The notes under the pieces were generated by a model that was given only the letters and a program-made list of their open reading frames with translations, searched no databases and was not told where the DNA came from. A stretch of 62,419 bases of DNA from Thermoproteota archaeon (GTDB lineage: Archaea > Korarchaeota > JAOZGF01 > JAOZFZ01). Shown piece after piece: positions 37,538 through 46,722 of the stretch. The translations under genes were made by a program, and so were the position numbers. Every line of letters starts with the position of its first letter. Position 1 is the first letter of the stretch. Location of the stretch: contig JAOZFT010000008.1 of assembly GCA_027492035.1 (NCBI GenBank), positions 1-62,419 on the forward strand, read 5' to 3'.

Positions 37538-39745
37538 TTATTCAGTTAAAGATTCCTTGCCACCCTTTTTATTTTTCAGTTTCAGTGGAAATAGGGCGGA
37601 GACAAAGACAGCTGCACCTAAGGTAGCAAGTAAATATTCGAAAGTCACTGTCCCTGATGACAGGCTTGTTTCAGGCTGGAAAATCGCTAAAGCATTTAAT
37701 GTATGCCTGGGATCCACCCCAACAATGAAAAGGTCAAGCGCTTTATAGACTCCTGTGCCGCTTACATTGTAGTAAATTATTACAGGATTTGTAACATTTA
37801 TTCCAAGATTTGTATAGAACCCCTTTGCTGAAACAACAACTTTACCTCCCTCGGTTGAGTTCAGGGAGTCCTGAATAAAGGTTACTGTGAAATTGGTTTC
37901 TGAAGATAAGCCGCTATTTACTGTGAAGTTTGCTCCTTCGTTGTAATTTGTGCCATTAATATTTACCGCTGAGTTGCTTACAGGGTATACAGTCCATGTT
38001 CTTTGGGTTCCGTCAGTTAAAGTCACGTTAACATTTTCTTGGTTAGATGACCCTGTTCCATTGAACCATTCAGCGAAACCATGTTGAGGAGCAGGCATTG
38101 GGTAAATATCCCAAACGTAGCCTCCACTGTAACCTGTAGGGGTTGTTTTTCTGGAGTAGTCAGGTGGACTGTTCGCGTCAGCATCGTTAGCTAACATGCT
38201 TAAGGGTTTAAAGATCATTCCACCTTCCGTAGCTGGAGGATCAGGGTTGAAATTGGTCGGAACCAAATCGTAAACTGAAACGTATGGAGATGTCCACTGC
38301 CCTAAATTATGTACTTCAATTAATATGTTGTATTTATTTGGTGTGGAGGGGTCAGATCTAACTTCCTTGACAGCCTTGATTAAATACCCTTTAACAACCC
38401 AAACTTTTTCAATTACTAAGTAGGTTGAGTTACCGTCAGGTTTTTCACTATTCCTTGTATAGTTGTAAACCCACCAGCCTTTCTGTTGATCTTTAGCTAT
38501 CCTGAATTTATCAATAACCCAAATTTTAGGTACTCCATTATAGGTAAAGTTAAGGCCTCCATCTGAGTAGTTTCCTAAAGGTTCAACAGTTGCTATTGGG
38601 TCTCCCGTAACAGAATGGCTAGAACCGCTTACTAATGTAGAGTCAGGTGTGTCCCCTTGGGTTGCCCAAGTTGTCATGTTGTAAAGTTCATACTTGAAAG
38701 TTGCGCTTGTACTGTAGAAAATATTTGTTTCATTCCATGTATTAGTTGCATAAGTGCCTTGTTCCTTTCTTGCCTCAATATCCGCTTGCCCAATTGAGAA
38801 AATGTACCCTAAAGTTGTGTTTGTGAATGTTTTTTGGGCTGTGAAGTAGACATAAACTCTGCCTATTTCTATTTTGGTAGTTTGTCCCCCTACTTCGCTT
38901 AGGTCAGGGGTTCCTTGCACCTGAAAGTTCCTTATTGTACCACTTGCACCGCTGTTTAAGGTGAACCAGTTGTCAGGCCAGTCACCGTTGCTTGTCCAGT
39001 TTAATCTTTTATTGTCTGATGTTAAACCTGTGTTTCCAACTGTAGCTGTTCCTGCACTTGTGAATTGGGGGTTATTGGCAACGGCGTTGCTCCAGCCATC
39101 GTTGCTTGTCCCGTCAGCTGGTAGGATTTTTCTCACCCTGAAATTAACAGTGTACCATAAATTGTTGGTGATGGTTAAGTTTATTGTTAAAGTTTGACTT
39201 TGCCCATCCACTATTTTGTTGGGTGAAACTTTTTCACTCACAGTTATAGGGGGGCATTGGGGTTGGTTTCCACCTGTCCAGGTGACAGTGTACCAAAGAA
39301 CAACTCGGTCTCCACTTCTTAATTCAGTTACATGGACCCATTTATCGGCTTGGTTGTTAGGGAATTTACTTTTTATCTCTGAAGGAACATTTCCAGCAAG
39401 AATTTCACTTACGTCTGCATATGTTGGTTTTTCGTAAGGTATTGTCCAGGTGTATGTGTAAGTTGAGTTTTCATTTATTGGGATCCATATGTCTGAAACT
39501 GTTTCCCCTGTGTTGCTGTTCCAAATTGTTATGTTCCCTGAGACGTTCCATGCTCTGCAGTGAGTATTTACTCCATCTGTCTCAATTGTAGCATTAAGGT
39601 ACTCTGTAACATTCACAAGTAGGGGTGCATCTGGTAATCCATAAGCTTTAAAGCTTAAAGGAGCCGTTGAGGGAGTGTAGAAGAGAAATACTAGAAACAA
39701 TGTTGAAACAAGCATCACTTTAATTTTTGTATTTGATGCTCCCAT
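37538..39745 (-). CDS. Secreted, N-glycosylation-sequon-rich surface protein with DUF11-like domain and C-terminal TM (MJ1393/AF2028-like from memory)
   Basis: Signal peptide, many N-x-S/T sequons, IKAVKEV...VHNLG...VYDLVP...FIVGVDP, C-terminal TM plus basic tail. ATG 39745 follows GAGGTG (track start 39766). Confidence 0.85.
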   Translation of the reverse strand: MGASNTKIKVMLVSTLFLVFLFYTPSTAPLSFKAYGLPDAPLLVNVTEYLNATIETDGVNTHCRAWNVSGNITIWNSNTGETVSDIWIPINENSTYTYTWTIPYEKPTYADVSEILAGNVPSEIKSKFPNNQADKWVHVTELRSGDRVVLWYTVTWTGGNQPQCPPITVSEKVSPNKIVDGQSQTLTINLTITNNLWYTVNFRVRKILPADGTSNDGWSNAVANNPQFTSAGTATVGNTGLTSDNKRLNWTSNGDWPDNWFTLNSGASGTIRNFQVQGTPDLSEVGGQTTKIEIGRVYVYFTAQKTFTNTTLGYIFSIGQADIEARKEQGTYATNTWNETNIFYSTSATFKYELYNMTTWATQGDTPDSTLVSGSSHSVTGDPIATVEPLGNYSDGGLNFTYNGVPKIWVIDKFRIAKDQQKGWWVYNYTRNSEKPDGNSTYLVIEKVWVVKGYLIKAVKEVRSDPSTPNKYNILIEVHNLGQWTSPYVSVYDLVPTNFNPDPPATEGGMIFKPLSMLANDADANSPPDYSRKTTPTGYSGGYVWDIYPMPAPQHGFAEWFNGTGSSNQENVNVTLTDGTQRTWTVYPVSNSAVNINGTNYNEGANFTVNSGLSSETNFTVTFIQDSLNSTEGGKVVVSAKGFYTNLGINVTNPVIIYYNVSGTGVYKALDLFIVGVDPRHTLNALAIFQPETSLSSGTVTFEYLLATLGAAVFVSALFPLKLKNKKGGKESLTE

Positions 39746-40070
39746 AAAAAAAGCACCTCTCAACATGTTTTTGTTTAAACGTTTTTCAATTTTTCAAAGA
39801 AAAGATTTTGGAAAAAGAATTCTGGAAACTATTTAAATTTTTTCCTTTAATTAGCTCTGTCGACGGACTAAAAAAAGGACTTTAAGTACTTATTTTATGT
39901 ATTTTCTGTCTTCACATAACTTTTGTTACCTCTAAAGGGAACAGACACAGTTCTCGTTTTTTAAGCGGATTTCATAATGCAAAAAAATTTAAAAAGAATT
40001 TACATATTTTCAAAAATGTTTTATTAAATATATTCATTTTCAAATTTTTGTCTTGAAGGAGTGGAAGAAA

Positions 40071-41411
40071 ATGGATAAAAGCGTCAAACCCAAGATTGTT
40101 ACTGAACCCCCAGGGCCTAAATCTAAAAAATTAATGGAGGACAGGGAAGCCTTTGTTCCCAGGGGAGTTTATGCTGTCACCCCTATTTTCGTTAAGAAGG
40201 CTGAAGGAGCTGTTGTACAAGATGTTGATGGAAACATTTACTTAGATTTTTCGGGAGGAATAGGTGTTTTAAACGCTGGCCACTGCCCACCAAAAGTGGT
40301 TGAAGCAATAAAGAAGCAGGCAGAGAAGTTTCTACACACTTGTTTCCATGTGTTAGGTTATGAGAAATATGTTAGGTTAGCTGAAGAATTAACCAAAATT
40401 GCTCCAGGAAATTACCCAAAGAAAGCATTTTTCCTCAACAGTGGAGCTGAAGCCGTCGAAAACGCTGTTAAAATAGCCATTTATTACACAGGGAGACCTG
40501 TAGTTATAGCTTTTGAAAATGCTTTCCATGGAAGAACCAGGTTAACTATGGCTTTAACAAGTAAGGTTAGGCCTTACAAGTTCGGTTTCTTAGCTTTTTC
40601 ACCCAATATTGAAAGGTTTCCTTACCCTTACTGTTACAGGTGCCCGTTTGGTTTGAATTACCCGGAATGTGGGCTTCATTGCTTAAGTTATTTGGAAAGA
40701 GGCTTTGTGACGAGGATTGACCCTCAAGAAACAGCTGCTATATTAATTGAACCTGTTCAAGGGGAGGGAGGATTCATTGTTCCTCCCAAAGATTATCTTA
40801 AAGGGTTAAGAGAGATAAGTGAGGAAAACAATATCCTTTTCATTGACGATGAAGTTCAGAGTGGAATGGGAAGAACAGGTAAAATGTTTGCTATCGAGCA
40901 CTTCAATGTGGAACCAGACTTAATAACTGTTGCTAAGTCAATAGCTGCAGGTTTACCTTTGGCAGGAGTTATTGGGGAGAAAGAGATCATGGATGCTCCT
41001 CATGAAGGGGGGTTAGGAGGAACCTTTGGAGGAAACCCTGTTGCTTGTGCAGCAGCTTTAGAAGCCATAAAAATAATTAAAGAAAGTCTTGGAAAAGCTG
41101 ATAAATTAGAGAAAATAATAGATTCAAGATTAAGAGAAATGAAGGAGAAATATGAATTAGTTGGGGATGTACGTGGATTAGGCCCAATGGCTGCGTTAGA
41201 ACTTGTCAAAAATAGGAAGACGAAGGAACCTGCCAAAAAAGAAACAAAAGAAGTAATTAAGAAATGCTATAAGAGAGGGTTGATAATTCTTAGCTGCGGC
41301 ATTTACGGAAACGTTTTAAGGATACTTGCACCATTAATAATTTCAGAGGATCAATTAAATCAAGGTTTAGACATTATGGAAGAGAGTATAAAGGAAATGT
41401 CCAGAACTTAA
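40071..41411 (+). CDS. gabT: 4-aminobutyrate--2-oxoglutarate transaminase (class III PLP aminotransferase)
   Basis: DFSGGIGV, NSGAEAVENAVKIA, FHGRT, EPVQGEGG, DEVQSG.GRTG, AKS, GGTFGGNP. Confidence 0.88.
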   Translation: MDKSVKPKIVTEPPGPKSKKLMEDREAFVPRGVYAVTPIFVKKAEGAVVQDVDGNIYLDFSGGIGVLNAGHCPPKVVEAIKKQAEKFLHTCFHVLGYEKYVRLAEELTKIAPGNYPKKAFFLNSGAEAVENAVKIAIYYTGRPVVIAFENAFHGRTRLTMALTSKVRPYKFGFLAFSPNIERFPYPYCYRCPFGLNYPECGLHCLSYLERGFVTRIDPQETAAILIEPVQGEGGFIVPPKDYLKGLREISEENNILFIDDEVQSGMGRTGKMFAIEHFNVEPDLITVAKSIAAGLPLAGVIGEKEIMDAPHEGGLGGTFGGNPVACAAALEAIKIIKESLGKADKLEKIIDSRLREMKEKYELVGDVRGLGPMAALELVKNRKTKEPAKKETKEVIKKCYKRGLIILSCGIYGNVLRILAPLIISEDQLNQGLDIMEESIKEMSRT

Positions 41412-41950
41412 TTTTTCAAGAAGCCTTTGTTCAGCTCCTTTAGAATAATTTGGCATAAGGCATTACCGAACCCTTTCCTTTTAATGAATTCCACTTCAAC
41501 GTTACTTTTAGGTAAAAGTGTTTTTATCCAGGTTTTCCACAGTGATTCACAAGCTATACAGGCTTGGTCTATCCTTTCTAAACCTGCTTTCTTCACTCCC
41601 TCAAAAGCTGGGCACCTGTAAATTTTTACTTCTGCTGAACCGTTTCTGAAACAGTGTTCCTCTTTCAATCCTTCACCGAAGAAAATTTCAGAGTAAGTAA
41701 GTATGATTTTTAAAGCGTCAAGGAAGTCGTCTGCCTCTTTCTTGCCTAGAAATTTGAGAATAGTCTTCATTTCTATTTTTCCAAACGAAGCCCTAACTTT
41801 TCTGTTTAATTCAATAGCTTTATTTATTCCGTTTTCTAAGTAAATCTTCAGAAACCATTGGCCATCCCATGCAAGAAGAAGCCTCCTTAAAATTTTAAGT
41901 TTAATTTCAGGTGGAACAAAGTATTTTTCAACATCCACTTTTAGGCTCAT
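41408..41950 (-). CDS. DUF6125 / ATC-hydrolase-like (V4R-like) protein
   Basis: DGQWF...G...AIELN, C(P), AC, C-terminal C pattern. Confidence 0.7.
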   Translation of the reverse strand: MSLKVDVEKYFVPPEIKLKILRRLLLAWDGQWFLKIYLENGINKAIELNRKVRASFGKIEMKTILKFLGKKEADDFLDALKIILTYSEIFFGEGLKEEHCFRNGSAEVKIYRCPAFEGVKKAGLERIDQACIACESLWKTWIKTLLPKSNVEVEFIKRKGFGNALCQIILKELNKGFLKN

Positions 41951-42297
41951 CCCTTCACATGCGTTATTTTAGTTCTTAAGTTTTCCAAATGTTTTAAAAT
42001 GAAAATTTAACTGATTCATTTAAAGTTTTTTGTTACTATAAATAATCGTTACTTTTAGGTTTTGAATCTTTTTGTTAAGGGGGAGGTTAAGGTATAATGG
42101 AACCCTCTTGAAAATAATAGAGGCTTCTCCAAAAGTTTAATTTTGCCTAAATTATTAACAGGTTGTAAAATTTCTTGCCGTTATTTAGCTTAGTTTGAAA
42201 CAGAAAAGTTTGTTAACGCTCAAGAAAAAGCATGAAAAAGTTGTTTTTAATAACAGAAGAGATGTCTTCTTGAGAAAGTCAATTCATGAGTGATGTT

Positions 42298-43695
42298 TTA
42301 GGGAAGCATACCTGGGTTCATTATGTTATATGGGTCCAGAACCTTTTTGATTTTCTTTAGAATGTTTAAGCTTTCACCGAGTTCTGTAATTAACAAGTCC
42401 TTAGCATCTACTTTTACACCCATTCCGTGAGAAAGGGAACCGCCGAACTTTAACCCGGCACTGTACATCTCTTTCACCGCTTCAGTGTACTTCAACCTGT
42501 TTTTCTCATCATGAACCCTATAGAAGAAATCTATGTATGTTGGGTTTAGCTTTAAAATTAAGGCGCCTAAAGGCTCAATTTCATATTTACTTAGTACCCT
42601 GTAAAAACTGTTCAATGCTTCATTAACCTTACCCAGTGGTATGCACATATCAATAGCTCCCCACCCGCCTTTACCTGTTCCAGCTATGGCTGAATAGAAA
42701 TCGGCACCGTAACCTGAAATAAATTGAATTACTCTTTTGTTTATTTCATACCCATTTTGTTTGTGGCATATATTAAGTATTTTCTGTCTCAACAGGGTAC
42801 ATATTTCCTTTGGACCCTCAAAATCTGTCAGTAAAAGGGCATCTGCGTCGGGTATGGCGGGGCCATACTTCATCTTTTTATGGGTGGAGATCGCTACCTT
42901 GTCCCAAATAGTGAGGCATGTTACGGGTATGTTCTTCCTTTTGATTTCAATTGCTACTTTCAAGGCATTATCAACTTTATTGAATGCTACAAGGACTGAT
43001 TCCGATGCTTCTGGTTTTGGATATAATTTCATTGTTGCCTCCACTATTACGCCTAACACACCGAAGCTGCCAACGAAAAGCCATTTAAGAGGCGGGCCTG
43101 TAGAGGTCTTCTCTGTTTTGCCTGCAACACCACCACCAACTTTAATGATTTCTCCATCAGGTAAAACAACTTTTAGGCTTGAAACCCGGTCGCCAAGGGA
43201 GCCTTGAACCATTTGTCTCCCGTCAATTCCACCAGAAGCTATGCTTCCCCCTATTGTAGCGGCGTATCTGCTAGCAGGGAAGTGGGGAGGGAGAAACCCT
43301 TTTTTCTCGACTTCATAAGCAAGTTTTGAACAGGTAATCCCTGCTTCACAAGTCACGTGCATATTCTCTGTATCTATCTCAATAATTTTGTCTAATTTCC
43401 TTAAATCCATTACTACTCCGCCAAATTTAGGTATTGCTCCTCCACTAATGCCTGTTAACCCGCCAACAGGTGTTAAAGGTATCCTGTTGGTATTTGCGAC
43501 TTTTACAACTTCAGAAATTTGGCTACTTTTTTCAGGAAGCACAACTACTTCAGGCATAGTCTTTGGTGAAGGTTTATAGAAGTCACTAGCGTAACTGATT
43601 AGATGAAAATCCCTTGTTAAAACGTTTCTTTTACCGCAAATTTCGATTAATTGAGATATTACATTTTCATTAACATGGTTATATCTCATTTTCAC
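42298..43695 (-). CDS. FAD-binding oxidoreductase (GlcD / D-lactate dehydrogenase / ADHAPS family)
   Basis: GGLTGISGG, ATIGGSIA, LKVVLPDG, GSFGVLGVI, SHGMG, K..LDP.NIMNPG. Confidence 0.92.
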   Translation of the reverse strand: MKMRYNHVNENVISQLIEICGKRNVLTRDFHLISYASDFYKPSPKTMPEVVVLPEKSSQISEVVKVANTNRIPLTPVGGLTGISGGAIPKFGGVVMDLRKLDKIIEIDTENMHVTCEAGITCSKLAYEVEKKGFLPPHFPASRYAATIGGSIASGGIDGRQMVQGSLGDRVSSLKVVLPDGEIIKVGGGVAGKTEKTSTGPPLKWLFVGSFGVLGVIVEATMKLYPKPEASESVLVAFNKVDNALKVAIEIKRKNIPVTCLTIWDKVAISTHKKMKYGPAIPDADALLLTDFEGPKEICTLLRQKILNICHKQNGYEINKRVIQFISGYGADFYSAIAGTGKGGWGAIDMCIPLGKVNEALNSFYRVLSKYEIEPLGALILKLNPTYIDFFYRVHDEKNRLKYTEAVKEMYSAGLKFGGSLSHGMGVKVDAKDLLITELGESLNILKKIKKVLDPYNIMNPGMLP

Positions 43696-43772
43696 CCTTT
43701 CCCCTGAATAAAATATTTCACCTTTACATTATCCCAAAAAAATTTAAAATATAACGAAATATTTAAACTAAA

Positions 43773-44990
43773 ATGATAAAAAAACCACTGTTACAGTTAC
43801 AAGTGTTTAAAATGAACAAAGGCATTTTAGAGCAGCTTGACACATGTTACTCTTGTAGATGCGGGAAATGTCTTGACTCTTGCCCAGTATATGATGTTTT
43901 AAGGTTTGAATCTGTTAGTCCACGGGGAAAAGTGAAGACAATTTATTCTTATTTACAAGGGGAAATAAAGGATTCACAGGAGTTTATGGAATACTTGGCT
44001 TACTGTACACTTTGCGGTGCATGTGAAGTAACTTGTGGCGTAAACAATTTAGTTCCTGGTCCTAAAGTAAGTGTAAAAGACATAGTTAATGTTACACGGG
44101 GAGAACTTGTCTCTAAAGGATTTAGGTATTTTCCATATGAAAAAATAGTTTCCTCAACCGTTAAAGAGGGGAACCCTTTTGGAAGACCTAACAAAGAAAG
44201 AAACTGGGTTTTAAACCATGTTAAACAAAACATTAAAGCAGAATTTCTTTTCTGGATTGGATGCACATCTACTTTTTATGCTAGAGATTCTGTATTGTCC
44301 ACTATTAAATTATTTGACGTATTTGGTTTAAACTTTACAGTTCTAGGGTCGAAGGAGAAATGCTGCGGTTTACCTCTTCACCAACTTGGCTACTTTCATG
44401 AATTAGAGAAAATAATTAGCGATAACATTGAAAAAATAAAAGAATTAGATGTAGATTTCCTGGTTAGTAACTGCCCAGGTTGTATAAATTTTATCAGAAA
44501 TTATTACAAAGAATTTCAAGGAGAGCTTCCGTTCAAAGTTGTTCACACTTCTGAATACATTTCAAAAAACTTGGACAAGCTAAACTTGGACAAGTTAAAT
44601 TTACCGAGTAAAAAGAAACTAAACATTACTTTTCATGACCCATGCCATCTAGCCAGAGGTCTTGGCGTAACGGAAGAGCCTAGAATGGTTCTGAAAAACA
44701 TTCCAGGCGTAGACATAATTGAAACGCCTAGGAACAAGTTAGATACATGGTGCTGCGGAGGCAGTTTAAGATTAAGTCTTCCTCACACATCCACTACAAT
44801 AGCTGCGAAACGTATACTTCAAATACCCGAAAAAGTAAACTATATCGTTACTTCTTGCCCTACTTGTAAGATAAATTTAAGAGATGGAGCAGTAGTTGCC
44901 ACAACCAAGTACGGAGCAAAGGAAATAAAGGTTCTAGATCTTGTTGATTTATTAGCTGAGCTTTATTTGACAAACAATAAAATACTCTGA
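43773..44990 (+). CDS. (Fe-S)-binding protein with two CCG domains (GlcF/HdrD-like)
   Basis: CRCGKCLDSCP, CTLCGACEVTC, EKCCG...CPGC, HDPCHL, WCCG...SCPTC. Confidence 0.92.
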   Translation: MIKKPLLQLQVFKMNKGILEQLDTCYSCRCGKCLDSCPVYDVLRFESVSPRGKVKTIYSYLQGEIKDSQEFMEYLAYCTLCGACEVTCGVNNLVPGPKVSVKDIVNVTRGELVSKGFRYFPYEKIVSSTVKEGNPFGRPNKERNWVLNHVKQNIKAEFLFWIGCTSTFYARDSVLSTIKLFDVFGLNFTVLGSKEKCCGLPLHQLGYFHELEKIISDNIEKIKELDVDFLVSNCPGCINFIRNYYKEFQGELPFKVVHTSEYISKNLDKLNLDKLNLPSKKKLNITFHDPCHLARGLGVTEEPRMVLKNIPGVDIIETPRNKLDTWCCGGSLRLSLPHTSTTIAAKRILQIPEKVNYIVTSCPTCKINLRDGAVVATTKYGAKEIKVLDLVDLLAELYLTNNKIL

Positions 44991-44999
44991 AAATTGTAC

Positions 45000-45270
45000 C
45001 TGGCTCCTTACAAAAGCTTTATTGTTACAGTGTTCTTTGTTAGGTTGTATGGTTTCTGATCAGGTGTATATAAGGCGGCCTTGAACTTCTTCGCTGCTGC
45101 TATGTAAAGGGAATCATAAACTGTTACGTTTTAAGGTTAAAGCTAGTTCAGTGGCTTCATTGCAAAGTTCACAGGTTACAAGAATACTTAATCCTTCCCA
45201 AGTTTCCGTTAAATCTTAAGCAGCTGAATTTGCCTCTTCCTCCTTCAAATCTTTACGTAATTTAACGCGT
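45000..45270 (-). pseudogene. vapC: VapC/PIN toxin remnant
   Basis: Minus-strand translation ...LKEEEANSAA*DL...EATELALTLK/VTVYDSLYIAAAKKFKAALYTPDQK matches the PIN C-terminal YD..Y.A.A....L.T.D pattern, with a stop and a frameshift. Confidence 0.8.
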
Positions 45271-46037
45271 TAATACCTATGAGAAATGAAACTGCTTCGC
45301 AAGGCAAGCTACACCTATACCAGCGATAGCAACCATTAGATACAGGCATGAAATCACATCTTGAGGTTGTATTCACAGAGTTCAGCTATGTTTCAAGTAA
45401 GTGAACAGAACTGGGGCAATCGTTTACCTGTCTACAATTAGTAGTGACAATAAAAAATCTCTTAGAAGTTAGGCTGGGAAAGCTTGTTTAGAAAGATGGT
45501 GAATGGATCCCACTGGTAGAATTAAAGGTGTTAGCACAGTTACTTTTTCAATATTTGAGGATAACGGTTTGGGGATGACGGGAGGCATTGATACCATGAT
45601 GCCTGATGAAATTTGTTAAGAAGTAGTGAATGGGATTTTTGACGGAAGTTGGCTATGAACCTGTGGAAGATGCTATATTGTTAAAAAGACTGAGAAACTT
45701 ACCTTAACGTGCAGGTATAGACCTATTGAACTTTGCTGGATGACATGGCTTATCCAGCCTGAAGGAAGAAAAATGATAACCGAAAAATATTCAAGCCTTT
45801 TTTAAAAAATTAACCTGAGCCCGATTAGCATCAATTGCGTGAACAACTGATAAAAGATTTAAAGTACAATGTTTCAGTTGCCTCGGTGCGGCATTACCTT
45901 AAACTACTAACCAAAGATTATTCCCAACTTATTTTCTGATTCTTATTTTAGTGACTTTCAACACCCTTAGTTTTTTACGTATTTTTTATATTATTGAATA
46001 AATAAATTTATGATATTCAAGTAATAGTAGATATGTT

Positions 46038-46142
46038 ATGAAATGCCTGGAAAATGGGGTCTTCGCAAAGACAACACTAAAACCTCTCGGCTCTGTGTTC
46101 AATTTAGATAGTGAAAAAGAGGTGAAAATAAGAATCGTTTAA
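46038..46142 (+). pseudogene. AF2212/DUF104-like antitoxin remnant
   Basis: 34-codon ORF MKCLENGVFAKTTLKPLGSVFNLDSEKEVKIRIV resembles the ENGV.KPL...L....V.I.I pattern. Confidence 0.5.
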
Positions 46143-46722
46143 CAAAATGTTATTATGATAACATATCACCTTTAGATAAAACCCCTATCACACTCATAAT
46201 TCTGAGGAAAAAAATATTTTAAGTCACCCGCAACTCATCAAATACTGGATACTTGCTAAGCACTCCCTTATCCATTGCTTAAATTTAATTTACGTTTCTT
46301 ATACCGCTTTAATACATAAAGAAAAAATATCCCAAATTACCAAATCTTAACCTAAACTCTCGTAAATTTATGAAACTGTCATTTTTTACCTTTCTTTTTC
46401 TTGTGTTTTCTTGTCACTTTTAAACAAGAAACCTTACCAAATAAGAGCTTAGGTTATTTCTAAATAATAGAAATTGTTTCATTATGAAATATCTTAGTTC
46501 TTGCCTCCACTTGCATCCTATACTTTTTTCTTTAAAGTTCCTTTGGATACACATGGTGAATATTGATAATATTGTACACAATCAATTATACATATTTGTG
46601 AAATGTTTTATAAAACGTTTTCCTTTTACCCTTAAAATTTTTTGGTTCTGAGTCTTTAAAAACTTTTAAAGTTTTTAACGCCTCCTTTAATTTTTATTGT
46701 TCCTTCCCTGTTTAAGCCTTGG

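Noticed and set aside
44567-44596. 15-bp tandem duplication (NLDKL x2) in the CCG protein
   Set aside because: In-frame micro-duplication in a linker; no functional evidence.
45504-45620. Short ORF with EDNGLGMT resembling a GHKL ATPase G1 box
   Set aside because: Isolated motif with no N-box or G2 box visible; too short to support a call.
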